Shown here: piece by piece, positions 44,178-57,889 of the stretch
Layout: the number at the start of each line of letters is the position of its first letter
How positions within the stretch are numbered: the stretch's first letter is position 1
Origin: Eledone cirrhosa
Lineage: Eukaryota
Reading direction: 5' to 3'
Length of the DNA stretch: 64,000 nt
NCBI GenBank assembly: GCA_964016885.1
Contig: OZ024744.1
Location: 109,740,001-109,804,000, forward strand
Position numbers and translations under genes: made by a program
Notes under the pieces: model-generated
The model's input: the letters and a program-made list of their open reading frames with translations, nothing else
The model's database searches: none
Told to the model about the DNA's origin: nothing

Positions 44178-44783
44178 TGGAAAAAATGAAATTTCATTTC
44201 TCATTCTTAGTACGGCTGATACTTAAATGTAAGTATGTATACGTACATACATATATGTATAGAGACGTACAGTAGTATGTATATTTATACATACATGCAC
44301 ACATATGCATATGTACGTATGGGTTTACCGAACATTTATTATAATGCTCGGTTTGTTTGTAAACAAACAGCCCGAATTAAGCCGTACAGTGTTCAGCAAC
44401 CATCGTCGCCCTTTTGTTCAACACTGAAAAAGGAACGATGAACTAGTTTCTAGGTTATTAGCTATCATCAGCACCGTATACCTTCCTGCCAGTTGATTGA
44501 ACGTTTGAAAGTATATACTTTCCTTATGCATATTAACGGCTGAGCAGCCTAATTTACATATCGAGTGAATTAGTCGACCGGGCGTACCGAAAACGATAAA
44601 TGGAAAAGAATGAAACGAAATTTCATTTCTCACTCTTAGTACGGCTGATACTTAAATATAAGTATGTATACGTACATACATATATGTATACAGACGTACA
44701 GTAGTATGTATATACATACATACATGCACACACATATATATATGTACTTATGGGTTTACCGAACATTTATTATAATGCTCGGT
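44178..44783 (-). mobile_element. Retrozyme-like element F8, 429-nt tandem unit (~1.4 copies), HHR at 44435-44477
   Basis: GAAATTTCATTTCTC at 44188 and 44617; ACGGTG-CTGATGA..GAAA-CTAG-TT-CATCGT. Confidence 0.7.
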
Positions 44784-44897
44784 ATACTTATATATATATA
44801 TAGTGTAGAGTTTGAAAAAAACCAGTTGGGTACTTCTCGAGTTTTAGGGAAACAGACACACAGACAGATATCCTCTGTTTTATATATATATATATAG

Positions 44898-45580
44898 ACT
44901 GAGAATAGACTCCCTGATGACGTATGGAATTCTCTATAGTTATATTGTGTAACTATATTTATCCCCATACAGAAACTAATTAGTTGGAGTGAAAATTTTA
45001 GTAAGTAAGTTGATTTTTGATTTTTAAAATTTTCTTATTTTACGTATTTCATATAATTGTTCTGCATCCCCCTGCATAGAACCACAAAGGTACTAAGACA
45101 TAACATATATATTTGCTAACATAGGTGAACATCTGTACACATATGTTGGTAAATATACTAATTCTCTATATTTATCTCCAAATTATTTGTTGAGCAAAAC
45201 TTGCCAAAATTTACTACTGATTCATGGTAGTAGTAGGCTCTTGTCATAATACCACCCAGCTCCTAACTGATTAACCTCAGTGTCACGTGATTGATTCTTT
45301 AGAATCTGCCACTGACCAGAGGCAGTGAATTTTTTCAGTGCTCCGGAATTTAGTCATCGCTAGCTTTGTTCCATCCACTGAATTATTATTATTTTTATAT
45401 GGGTTCCTAGTGTCCTCGCATCGCCTGGGAACTTAGCTGAGAATAGACTCCCTGATGACGTATTGAATTCTCTATAGTTATATTGTGTAACTATATTTAT
45501 CCCCATACAGAAACAGATTAGTTGGAGTGAAAATTTTAGTAAGTTGACTTTTGATTTTTAAAATGTTCTTATTTTACGTC

Positions 45581-45585
<5 letters not shown>
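44898..45585 (+). mobile_element. Retrozyme F9: ~150-bp direct repeats, each with an HHR (44909-44990, 45447-45528)
   Basis: ACTCC-CTGATGA-CGTATGG..CCATACA-GAAA-CTAATTAG-TT^-GGAGT in the first repeat, two small stem variants in the second; cleavage sites 538 nt apart; (TA)n flanks. Confidence 0.88.
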
Positions 45586-45645
<60 letters not shown>

Positions 45646-45646
<1 letters not shown>

Positions 45647-45890
45647 CATAAGGAAAGTATATACTTTCGAACGTTCAACTATCTGGCAGATGGGTAAACG
45701 GTGCTGATGATAGCTAACATGCTTGAAACTAGTATATCGTTCCTGTGTCAGTGTTGAACAAAAAGGTGACGTGGTTGCCTTAACACCGTATGGCATTAAT
45801 TCAGGCTGTTCAGTTTGTTGACAAACGAACAAAGCGGCGTTATAATAAGCGTCCGCTAAACTGATGCGTGCATATATGTATGTGTACCTG

Positions 45891-45970
<80 letters not shown>

Positions 45971-46082
45971 TGCTACTGTACGTCTGTATACATATATGTA
46001 TGTACGTATACATACATACTTACATTTAAGTAAGTGCCATGCTAAGAGTGAGAAATGAAATTTCGTTTTCATTTTTTTTTCA
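45646..46082 (+). mobile_element. Second F8 copy with minimal HHR at 45697-45741
   Basis: AACGGTG-CTGATGA-TAGCTAACATGCTT-GAAA-CTAG-TA^-TATCGTT. Confidence 0.8.
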
Positions 46083-46086
46083 ACTT

Positions 46087-46942
46087 ATATATATATAAAA
46101 CAGAGGATGTCTGTCTGTGTGTCTGTTTCTCTAAAACTCGAGAAGTACCCAACCGGTTTTTTTTCAAACTTTACACATGTAACCCGTGTGGCCCCGGAAG
46201 TGTTTTGAAAAAAAAAAAATTTCAAATTATTCTGACCTAGGAATCGAATTAGTGAAGTGGCCAATGTCTGTACATAATGAGGGAGTGAGAGGGGAGAGAA
46301 AGAAACGAAGAGGCCAAGTGAAGAAGTGGCTCTCTACTCCTCCTCCTCCTTCTCCCCATTCGTCACAGCGTTTTTCGATAGAGGGGAGAAATGTGAACGA
46401 GTTACAGAAAGAAAGAGTGAGAGTGAAAGAAACAGACAGACTAAAAGAGGGGGAGAGAGAGAGAGAGAGTGACAGACGCCGCCAAAGATACATGACAGTG
46501 GAATAACTATTGCGTGTGTGTGTACGTGCGCGCGTGTGTGTGTGAGTTTGTGTGCGTTTGCATGCGTGAGTGTGTATGTGTGCGTGAGTGATTATAAACT
46601 CTCTCACATGGTCTGATGGAATTAACCCTTTAACATTTACATTACTCTATATATACTATATTATTTTCATGGTAACCCGCCGAGGTTAACTTTACCTTTC
46701 ATCCTTCCGGGGTCGATAGAATAAAGTACCAGTAATGCACTGGGGAATTGCTGGCCTTGTGCCAAAAGTAGAAACAATTATTTTCATGGTAAAGGCTTTA
46801 TCTCACATAATATAAAAATCTCATAGATTTAATATTATTTATTTTGAGAACAATACCTTAACCCTTTAGCATTAATGTGAGTGAGTTATAAAGAGAAAGA
46901 GTGAGAGTGAAATAAACAGACAGACTAAAAGAGGGGGATAGC

Positions 46943-47020
<78 letters not shown>

Positions 47021-47741
47021 TGCTGGAAGAGAGGAAGGAAAGCTATATGTCTTGCTGTCTGCATTACGATACATATACACACACACACACACTGATCGCA
47101 TCATAATGACGTAATGCAGACAGCCAGACAGACAGACAGATATTATAAGGGCGCAACGTTATATCTATGTATCTATCTAAAAAGAAAGACTAAGAATTAT
47201 AGAGAGAGATCGCTAAATCGACTAATACGGTCCCTAGGGCATTGAAAATTTGTCATATGTTTTTGCTCAAAACACTCACAAGACCATAAGTATTACATGT
47301 ATAAAGTTTGAAAACAATCGCTTGGGTGGTTCTCAAGTTTTAGTGAGCTGACAGACAGACAGACATTCTCTGTTTTAGATATATATATATATATATAATT
47401 ACGATATTAAATAAATGGAAACTATATTTATAAAACCATATTTATTTCATTATTATATTTCAGGGATATCATATTAAAAATATGTTATGCCTTCTTCAGA
47501 CAAAATACAATATAAACAGTCTTATAAGTAGATAGATTCGACATACCTTTCAACTTCGACTTCTATTTGAAAAGTTGCATATATATATATAATTATATAT
47601 TCGTGTACAGATATTTTTGCATACACAATAACAAAATATAAATAAACGTATTTATTTCACGAGGCTCAATAAGGATAAATATATATCAAATATATAAGAA
47701 CCCTAGAGCAAATCCCGAGTAACGCCGGGCGATTCTGCTAG
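46087..47741 (+). mobile_element. Non-autonomous Helitron pieces with nested SINE, piggyBac-type ends and an F1 copy (HHR 47443-47507, minus)
   Basis: 5'-type (TA)nAAAACAGAGGATGTCTGTCTG at 46087; 3' hairpin CCCGAGTAACGCCGGG + CTAG ending 47741. Confidence 0.5.
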
Positions 47742-48237
47742 TATATATATAAAATCGAATTCGACATAAGGATACTCACCAATACCTTACCACACCATCC
47801 CTCATTTCAGTACCATTGTTTTCTCTCTGTTTTCTCTGTCACTTTTTAATCTGTAATCCATCGTAACATTCGATCCTGTAAATATCATGTCGCACCCATC
47901 ACCCCCACCACCACCAACAAGCACATCGCCATACTTCCACAACCATCAACATCACCAACACATACCACGCCTATCATCCCCCCTCCTTAAACATCGCATG
48001 TGTGTGTGTCTGTCTGTGTGTAAGTATGTTTGTACAACCGCCATCCCCACAGGGTATATATATATATATATATATATACACATGTATATAATATATATTT
48101 GTCAGGCTGCGTGTGTATATATGTATCTCTATGCTTTTATATACAATCAGAACATTAACTCCTTATAGAATGAGCCCCCTTAACAATCCACTAACACAAA
48201 TATCACCCCCACCATAAACACCGAAACATTTCATCCT

Positions 48238-48968
48238 TACCACAAACAACAACACCACACCTACATCACACACAAACAACAACACCACACCTACATCACA
48301 CACAAACAACAACACCACACCTACATCACACACAAAAAACAACACCACACCTACATCACACACAAAAAACAACACCACACCTACATCACACACAAAAAAC
48401 AACACCACACCTACATCACACACAAACAACAACACCACACCTACATCACACACAAAAAACAACACCACACCTACATCACACACAAAAAACAACACCACAC
48501 CTACATCACACACAAAAAACAACACCACACCTACATCACACACAAACAACAACACCACACCTACATCACACACAAAAAACAACACCACACCTACATCACA
48601 CACAAAAAACAACACCACACCTACATCACACACAAAAAACAACACCACACCTACATCACACACAAACAACAACACCACACCTACATCACACACAAAAAAC
48701 AACACCACACCTACATCACACACAAACAACAACACCACACCTACATCACACACAAAAAACAACACCACACCTACATCACACACAAAAAACAACACCACAC
48801 CTACATCACACACAAAAAACAACACCACACCTACATCACACACAAACAACAACACCACACTTACATCACACACAAACAACAACACCACACCTACATCACA
48901 CACAAAAAACAACACCACACCTACATCACACACAAACAACAACACCACACCTACATCACACACAAAAA
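48238..48968. repeat. 30-bp minisatellite (CACACACAAAMAACAACACCACACCTACAT), ~24 copies
   Basis: Read directly; one dimorphic A/C position. Confidence 0.97.
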
Positions 48969-49215
48969 TCAGCCACATCTACATGCCAAACTGTCTATTT
49001 ACAACCAACCAGCAACCCCACTCCGCCATCCACTTTAACCTATCACCAGCACACCACCAACTCACCACCGCACCCAGCCACCCACATACACTACAGGCAA
49101 CAAAAAAATCCCTAAGTATTAATCCACCAATCAAAACAAACTTCACTGACCACCATAGGAACATCTGACTTTATCATACGGCATGTATATTGATTTTTCC
49201 ATTATCATTACAAGA

Positions 49216-49301
49216 GGTCTGACGAGCCGCGAATTACATAGTCGGGCCAGAATCGATACAGATCGAACCTTGACCTGTTCAGTGGCGAAACGCACGTCAC
49301 C
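49216..49301 (+). ncRNA. Type-I HHR, family F10
   Basis: GGT-CTGACGA-GCCGC..GTGGC-GAAA-CGCACG-TC^-ACC followed by AATAAA. Confidence 0.75.
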
Positions 49302-49369
49302 AACCAATAAATGAAATAAGGAGTAACCAATCGTCCATGTTATTTTATTTCACTATAATACATTGGCAG

Positions 49370-49557
49370 TAAGGTCGGTGAATTGGCAGTATCGGTAGAG
49401 GGTCGGCCGCCATGCTTTCCAGCATAGTTACGTCCCTTTACGGTCTGAGTTCAAATCCCGCCGAGGTTAATTTTGCCTTTCATCCTTACGTGGTCGATAA
49501 AATAAAGTACCAGTAATGTACTGAGTATTGCTGGCCTTGTGCCAAAAAGTAGAAACA
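49370..49557 (+). mobile_element. tRNA-derived SINE
   Basis: A/B boxes, body TTTGCCTTTCATCCTT..GTCGATAAAATAAAGTACCAG; four copies in the window. Confidence 0.85.
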
Positions 49558-49889
49558 GCTATAATACACTCTGTCTAGCTCTACACCTCGACACCAAGTG
49601 CTCATCCGGGTGAACCTAAAGTAACTCCAAGTTACACTCCCTGGATATATATATATATATACGATATTAAACAAATGGAAACTATATTTATAAAACCATA
49701 TTTATTTCATATATATATATGACAAATTATAAAATAAGAAGTAATAGACACAGATATATACCTATTTTTTCTTCAAAGTCCCGACTGTCAGTTTGCAACA
49801 ATTGTACATTATAGATGTGCAATATTGTTGTGAGGCACACCAGCTTTTCAAGGAACTCCTCAGGGAAAGAACACTTTCCAGACACGTTC

Positions 49890-50638
49890 GTAGCAAGTGA
49901 GAAAATCTCAAAAGGTGGGGGGAGAAATTACCACATGATACACCGGTCAAGAAAGGGAACTGAATCCCTTTGTAGCAAGTGAGAAAATCTCAAAAGGTGG
50001 AGGGAGAAATTACCACGTGATACACCGGTCAAGAAAGAGAACTGAATCCCTTGTAGCAAGTGAGAAATATCTCAAAAGGTGGAGGGAGAAATTACCACGT
50101 GATACACCGGTCAAGAAAGGGAACTGAATCCCTTGTAGCAAGTGAGAAATATCTCAAGGTGGAGGGAGAAATTACCACGTGATACACCGGTCAAGAAAGG
50201 GAACTGAATCCCTTGTAGCAAGTGAAAAATATCTCAAAAGGTGGAGGGAGAAATTACCACGTGATACACCGGTCAAGAAAGAGAACTGAATCCCTTGTAG
50301 CAAGTGAGAAATATCTCAAGGTGGAGAGAGAAATTACCACGTGATACACCGGTCAAGAAAGAGAACTGAATCCCTTGAAGCAAGTGAGAAATATCTCAAA
50401 AGGTGGAGGGAGAAATTACCACGTGATACACCGGTCAAGAAAGAGAACTGAATCCCTTTGTAGCAAGTGAGAAATATCTCAAAAGGTGGAGGGAGAAATT
50501 ACCACGTGATACACTGGTCAAGAAAGGGAACTGAATCCCTTTGTAGCAAGTGAAAAATATCTCAAAAGGTGGAGGGAGAAATTACCACGTGATACACCGG
50601 TCAAGAAAGGGAACTGAATCCCTTTGTAGCAAGTGAAA
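49890..50638. repeat. ~80-83-bp minisatellite, ~9 copies
   Basis: TAGCAAGTGAGAAATATCTCAAAAGGTGGAGGGAGAAATTACCACGTGATACACCGG repeated. Confidence 0.95.
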
Positions 50639-50768
50639 AGTAATCTGAGTTTTTCGAATATTAATAATAACATTCGACTCGTTTGTAATTTTGCAAAGAA
50701 GCCTCAGTTTTAAAGCCATGTCAGTAGAATGAGCACTTCATTCTTTCTCTTGTGTTGGCATGTAAACA

Positions 50769-50818
50769 GAACAGCAGATACTAATGTTTCTGGGTATCAC
50801 CCTTCATCAGTACAGCTC
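50769..50818 (-). ncRNA. HHR family F6 (GUA)
   Basis: CTGATGA-AGGGTGATACCCA-GAAA-CATTAG-TA; stem I is weak. Confidence 0.6.
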
Positions 50819-50949
50819 ACTGTTCACCTGCCTAATGTCAGAGATAGTGAAAAAATGTATGCTTTTTTCTAAAATATACAGTAACTGATCAACCTAATTT
50901 GCATATTAGCAGACTGGCTGATCATTCAGGTCTGCATATTAGCAGATCC

Positions 50950-53900
50950 ACTGGTTGGCCTGATTTGCATATTAGCAGACTGGGAATGTCAGATCTGATA
51001 ACAGAACCAATACCCGATTGACGGTGGTCTCTTTCTAGACAGGAAAATTGAGAAACCCTCTCCCACGTCTTACATATGGAACATTCAGGACTTACTGCAC
51101 AGATATCAACACTGTATCTGTTGAGTACATTACAGATGGGACAGTCAGGTCTTACTGCACAGATATCAACACTGTATCTGTTGAGTACATTACAGATGGG
51201 ACAGTCAGGTCTTACTGCACAGATATCAACACTGTATCTGTTGAGTACATTACAGATGGGACAGTCAGGTCTTACTGCACAGATATCAACACTGTATCTG
51301 TTGAGTACATTACAGATGGGACAGTCAGGTCTTACTGCACAGATATCAACACTGTATCTATTGAGTGCATTACAGATGGGACAGTCAGGTCTTACTGTAC
51401 AGATATCAACACTGTATCTGTTGAGTACATTACAGATGGGACAGTCAGGTCTTACTGTACAGATATCAACACTGTATCTGTTGAGTACATTACAGATGGG
51501 ACAGTCGGGTCTCACTGCCCAGATATCAACACTATCTGTTGAGTACATTACAGATGGGACAGTCAGGTCTCACTGTACAGATACAACACTGTATCTGTTG
51601 AGTACATTACAGATGGGACAGTCAGGTCTTACTGTACAGATATCAACACTGTATCTGTTGAGTGCATTACAGATGGGACAGTCAGGTCTTACTGCACAGA
51701 TATCAACACTGTATCTGTCGAGTGCATTACAGATGGGACAGTCAGGTCTTACTGTACAGATATCAACACTGTATCTGTTGAGTGCATTACAGATGGGACA
51801 GTCAGGTCTCACTGTACAGATATCAACACTATCTGTTGAGTACATTACAGATGGGACAGTCAGGTCTTACTGTACAGATATCAACGCTATCTGTTGAGTG
51901 CATTACAGATGGGACAGTCAGGTGTTACTGTACAGATATCAACACTGTATCTGTTGAGTGCATTACAGATGGGACAGTCAGGTCTTACTGTACAGATATC
52001 AACACTGTATCTGTTGAGTGCATTACAGATGGGACAGTCAAGTCTTACTGTACAGATATCAACACTGTATCTGTTGAGTGCATTACAGATGGGACAGTCA
52101 GGTCTTACTGTACAGATATCAACACTGTATCTGTTGAGTGCATTACAGATGGGACAGTCAAGTCTTACTGTACAGATATCAACACTGTATCTGTTGAGTG
52201 CATTACAGATGGGACAGTCGGGTCTTACTGTACAGATATCAACACTGTATCTGTTGAGTACATTACAGATGGAACAGTCAGGTCTTACTGTACAGATATC
52301 AACACTGTATCTGTTGAGTGCATTATAGATGGGACAGTCAGGTCTTACTGTACAGATACCAACACTGTATCTGTAGAGTACATTACAGATGGGACAATCA
52401 GGTCTTACTGTACAGATATCAACACTGTATCTGTTGAGTACATTACATATGAGACAGTCAGGTCTCACTGTACAGATATCAACACTATCTGTTGAGTACA
52501 TTACAGATGGGACAGTCAGGTCTTACTGCCCAGATATCAACACTGTATCTGTTGAGTGCATTACAGATGGGACAGTCAGGTCTCACTGTACAGATACAAC
52601 ACTTTATCTGTTGAGTGCATTACAGATGGGACAGTCAGGTCTCACTGTACAGATATCAACACTGTATCTGTTGAGTGCATTACAGATGGGACAGTCAGGT
52701 CTTACTGTACAGATATCAACACTGTATCTGTTGAGTGCATTACAGATGGGACAGTCAGGTCTCACTGTACAGATACAACACTTTATCTGTTGAGTGCATT
52801 ACAGATGGGACAGTCAGATCTCACTGTACAGATATCAACACTGTATCTGTTGAGTGCATTACAGATGGGACAGTCAGGTCTTACTGTACAGATATCAACA
52901 CTATCTGTTGAGTGCATTACAGATGGGACAGTCGGGTCTTACTGTACAGATATCAACACTGTATCTGTTGAGTGCATTACAGATGGGACAGTCAGGTCTT
53001 ACTGTACAGATATCAACACTGTATCTGTTGAGTGCATTACAGATGGGACAGTCAGGTCTTACTGTACAGATATCAACACTGTATCTGTTGAGTGCATTAC
53101 AGATGGGACAGTCAGGTCTTACTGTACAGATATCAACACTGTATCTGTTGAGTGCATTACAGATGGGACAGTCAGGTCTTACTGTACAGATATCAACACT
53201 GTATCTATTGAGTGCATTACAGATGGGACAGTCGGGTCTTACTGTACATATATCAACACTGTATCTGTTGAGTGCATTACAGATGGGACAGTCAGGTCTC
53301 ACTGTAAAGATATCAACACTATCTGTTGAGTGCATTACAGATGGGACAGTCAGGTCTCACTGTAAAGATATCAACACTATCTGTTGAGTGCATTACAGAT
53401 GGAACAGTCAGGTCTCACTGTACAGATATCAACACTGTATCTGTTGAGTGCATTACAGATGGGACAGTCAGGTCTTACTGTACAGATATCAACACTGTAT
53501 CTGTTGAGTGCATTACAGATGGGACAGTCAGGTCTTACTGTACAGATATCAACACTGTATCTGTTGAGTGCATTACAGAGTGCACAGTTGGGTCTCACTG
53601 TACATATATCAACACTGTATCTGTTGAGTGCATTACAGATGGGACAGTCAGGTCTCACTGTACATATATCAACACTGTATCTGTTGAGTACATTACAGGG
53701 CAGATCTTTCTTCCAAGTTGGAGTCACTGTCTTGGAGTGTTCTTAGTTTCCAGGAACCAAAAGTTACGTTCCTTTTGTTTTGACCTTATATTTGGATAAC
53801 CAGACAGAGGCGGTTGACTGCCAAGTTAAAGAACTGAGTAGGTATTTGTTTAGGGCTTCTTTTATTGTCCCCACCCTGTGTAGGTAAAGCAGTTCTATGT

Positions 53901-54420
53901 CTAAATAAACCTGCTTCGTCACCATCAGAGGACACAAACAGCACAAATTACTCATATTTTGTCCACGAATGGCCATCACCTGATAATCGCCACTGTGTAG
54001 AGCTCCAGCTAAGGACTTCCAGTAATACCCTTTACTTGTCCCCATCACCTTTGCTGTCTTACCATTGAGCTTTGTGTTAGTGAACGGGTAGAGTTGTGTT
54101 ACCTACACAAAAGAATTGTTTACAGTGGTGAAGGCTTGTGTAGGGTCAGCCACACTCCTTGGACCTGTTGATAACAAAGGGTTGGTGCAGAATATTGCCA
54201 CAAACCCAATGAACAACTCACCTCAGGTATTGGAAGGCCGTTGACTTTCATGAGTTATTCCACCTTTTTAAACAAGTTTGGTTTTTTATCCTGCAGGATT
54301 TCCAAAAATCACCCTCCTCACCAAGTAAGCTTGGTGGGGTTGCCGGTTTAGTTACCAACGACCCAACCATGTGACAGGGTGTACTGAGTTACATGTTACC
54401 AGTAGCACTCATGAGCGACC
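50950..54420 (-). mobile_element. RTE-type LINE 5' region (UTR + start of APE endonuclease), interrupted by its own satellite
   Basis: TFGSWKLRTLQDSDSNLEERSAL before the array; DVGEGFSIFLSRK and SGIGSVIRS after it. Confidence 0.65.
51068..53697. repeat. 60-bp satellite (some 58-bp units), ~44 copies
   Basis: ACAGATGGGACAGTCAGGTCTTACTGTACAGATATCAACACTGTATCTGTTGAGTGCATT repeated. Confidence 0.98.
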
Positions 54421-54611
54421 TAAAATAAATAAATAAATAAATGAATATATATAATTATTCAAATTACATTTGTGCAATCAATTAAGTTGATTATTCAACA
54501 AGAATCAAAGACCGTTTACAGGAGTGTTTGCTCAAGGTACGAATTATTCCAATTGGTAAATCCTCTGGTAATTATATAGTTTCCAAGTGTAACAATTTAC
54601 GGAGTATATAT

Positions 54612-55458
54612 AGAAATTTACAAAAATACTAATAAACACACCATAATCCAGATAAGTGGAAATAGCTTTTATTGCATAACACGGGTTTCATCATATATAT
54701 TACATGAATGTCTTGGACCGCTAATTTTTTTTTATCATTTCATTATTTTAATCAAAATTAATTCGAATCCAACTACTTAGATATGTAGTTACAATGTATT
54801 TTCAAAGTGGAATGAGAAGGCAAGTATGAATGGATAGATTATAAGAAAAGGGGTTAGTTCGGATCATAATAAGAGAATGCTCTAAATTGTTTATTTTTGC
54901 AATTAAGTTATCTCATGTCTCGTAATTAATTTATTTCACGTTATTATGTGGTAAATTTACAGAGTACAAATATGACAAGTATTTACATCAGAATAATATT
55001 TACGCGCAAATTCCAGGACAGACCAAGAAATCTTATCATTTTTGGGGGGGAGATTCTATCAATTCCCAAATTTTTTACCCACCAGCGCCGTGGAGTTCCT
55101 TAACTTCGGATGTTTGAATGAATGCGTGTGTACATACCACCTTTTCTTTACAAAGTTCGGTGTTGTTCTTATATATCTGAATACGTGGTTGTGTACTTCG
55201 ATTTCACATTGGTTACACTTATTCTGCAAGGGGCATTCATCCGGTTTTCTGCAGTTGCAATTCAAATGTTTTCGGTGGATAGGATCATTATTATTGGAGT
55301 TCTTAGAGCTGTTAATTTTGATTAAAATAATGAAATAATAAAAAATTAGCGGTCGAAGACTTACATGTAATATATATGATGAAACACGTGTGTTATGCAA
55401 TAAAAGCTATTTACACTTATCTGGATTATGGTGTTTTTATTAATATTTTTATAAATTT
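54612..55458 (-). mobile_element. Decayed PLE GIY-YIG end with inverted arms (54612-54760 and 55314-55458)
   Basis: NCNCRKPDECPLQNKC..RYIRTT..KKRWYVH..STAL; imperfect reverse-complement arms. Confidence 0.75.
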
Positions 55459-55459
55459 G

Positions 55460-55560
<101 letters not shown>

Positions 55561-56011
55561 AACAATCTCTTAGTGAGTTTGTACAAGTGTGATTTAGTTA
55601 TGAGGTAGGCTTTTCATTTTAATTTATCCATTTAATTATTATGTTTCTCCTAAACCTCTCTTAGCTTATATTCTCTTCACGCTGGTGGTTAAAATACTGT
55701 AATAAAAACACACTCTCCTGTATTTTTCCTCTCTATATTGTATTTTATAGTGCCCAGGAAAACTTTTTCCTTTGAGCTCATTGTATATATATATATATAT
55801 ATATTAATTAATATACTATGAACCTCATCAATGGTTTGAAGATATCTCTTGTATGTATTACTCTTGAAACTTTCAATATTATATAAATTCCTGAAGAGAT
55901 GTAGAGCGACGAGGAGATGCCTCGTGTATATCGCAGTATGGCCAACCGCTATACATTGAACAATATGTAGAACTAAAATTATGTTTTAAGCATAACTTGG
56001 TTATACTCTCT

Positions 56012-56082
<71 letters not shown>

Positions 56083-56391
56083 GATGATGATGATGATAAT
56101 AATAATAATAATAATAATAATAGGAATAAACGAAAGATATATATTTTATATCATCTCTATTTATTTCATTATATATATTTAGAAAATGTAATGTTTATGT
56201 ATAACATAAGGGCAAAACATGTTCTCCTCAAACAAAAAGCATACAAAATGTATAATTTTTTCCTGATATGCTGGTAGACAAACGAACTGGACAGATCTGT
56301 GACCACCAGGTATAAGACTAGAAAAACCTCAGCACATAAGAGCGTTACGTGATTGGGGGGGATAACATTGCTGTTGGTTTAAACGTTTCGT

Positions 56392-56830
56392 AAAGGCCAG
56401 ATGGCATGACCATCTTCCCGTTCCGCGGTGGCAAACCCCTCGTCTGGGATGCCACTTGCACCGACACTTACTGCAGCCGCAACCTGGTGCAGTCTGGGAC
56501 TGACCCAGGTTCTGCTGCACGTCGGGCTGAGGGGGCCAAACTCCTCAAATACCTGTCGCTCTCCGACAGGTTTGCGGTCGTTCCCCTGGCAGTGGAAACT
56601 TCTGGTGTCCTCGGCCCCAGGGTTACCTCCTTACTCACCACCATAGGCGCTGAGCTGGCCAGCCGCAGGTTCGAGCCCCGCGAGTTGGAGTGGCTTTTCC
56701 AGCGCGTCTCTCTTGCCGTCCTCCTGGGAAACGCCTTCGCCATTCTGTCCGCCGGGGCTGTGGGTGGGCCCCATCGCGTACCAATACATTAGTTAAATAC
56801 CATTCTTTCATCTGATACAACACAATAAAG
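56392..56830 (+). pseudogene. CRE-like non-LTR retrotransposon 3' end (restriction-like endonuclease)
   Basis: RPDGMTIFPFRGGKPLVWDATCTDT..AE..K..KY..PLAVETSGVLGP..LFQRVSLAVLLGNA; GC-rich island; AATAAA at 56824. Confidence 0.85.
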
Positions 56831-57125
56831 TCGTGTATATTTTAAATATAGCGTAATTAGATTGGTTAAAAAAAATACAAAACATAAATTGACCGTTATT
56901 AAGTCTTAATTTCGCTTATAATCATTATAGATAGGTATTAAATCAAAAGTATATATTGTATTAGGAAAAAATATTCCATTAAGACAGGAATGATATTATG
57001 GAAATATAATAATTAAGGGGAAAGAATTTGGATTGTAGAATTTGCAGGTAAGCTATCTTTTATTATTCATATTTAGATATTGAAATTATTGAATAGAAAA
57101 GTATTTAATAGTTGATATGGTTCTT

Positions 57126-57204
<79 letters not shown>

Positions 57205-57889
57205 GTATGTATTTTTTAAATATATAGTTAAGTATGCTTTAATATTACGTGATAAATTATTCATTTTAAAAGAAGGGAGATAATTATCTATGTTAAGCAT
57301 TAACAATTCAACAATGTTATTTAAAGTAGATGATATTATAACTTTGTATAATTATTTAGAAAGAAAAAAAGTGTGTATATTATAGCCAAATTTATCAATT
57401 TCTATTAAATTTCATTTATTTAGATACAACCTAAATTTAAAGTAGATGAAAAATTATACTGAAGGAAGATTATAAGAGAGAAAAATATTATCGGAAAAAA
57501 TAACGGATAAAAATAACGGAGGAAGAAATTAGTTAAGTTATTAAGTCGCATAGTCTAAATATTTTAAAGAAAATAGAAAATCATTTTAAAATTGAATATA
57601 AAGCAGTAATACATATCTGATTATTTTATTGTGTTTTTTTTTTAATATATAAAGTTTAATCAAAAATGAAAAACGTATTCGAGAATAAGTAGAGGTGAGA
57701 ATTAAAACTATATATAAAGGAATATCTATTAATTATGTAAACTATTTTAAAACTGAACTGAAAACTATATGGAACGAGTTTGAGAAACGGTGGAGGCAAG
57801 AATTAAATAACTCAGATTTTTTTATCAATAATTATTTTCCTATTCATAAGAATATAAAGAATTTCAGTAGTACATAAGTTTCAACCTTT

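Noticed and set aside
44178-46180. One large inverted duplication around F9
   Set aside because: Order of the modules is not mirror-symmetric and the copies are clearly diverged.
49370-49470. tRNA gene
   Set aside because: A/B boxes without a cloverleaf; it is a SINE head.
48163-53799. Repeat-protein ORFs (VCDVGVVLFF; YCTDINTVSVECITDG)
   Set aside because: Open frames arise because unit lengths are multiples of 3; 58-bp units break the frames in the 60-bp array.
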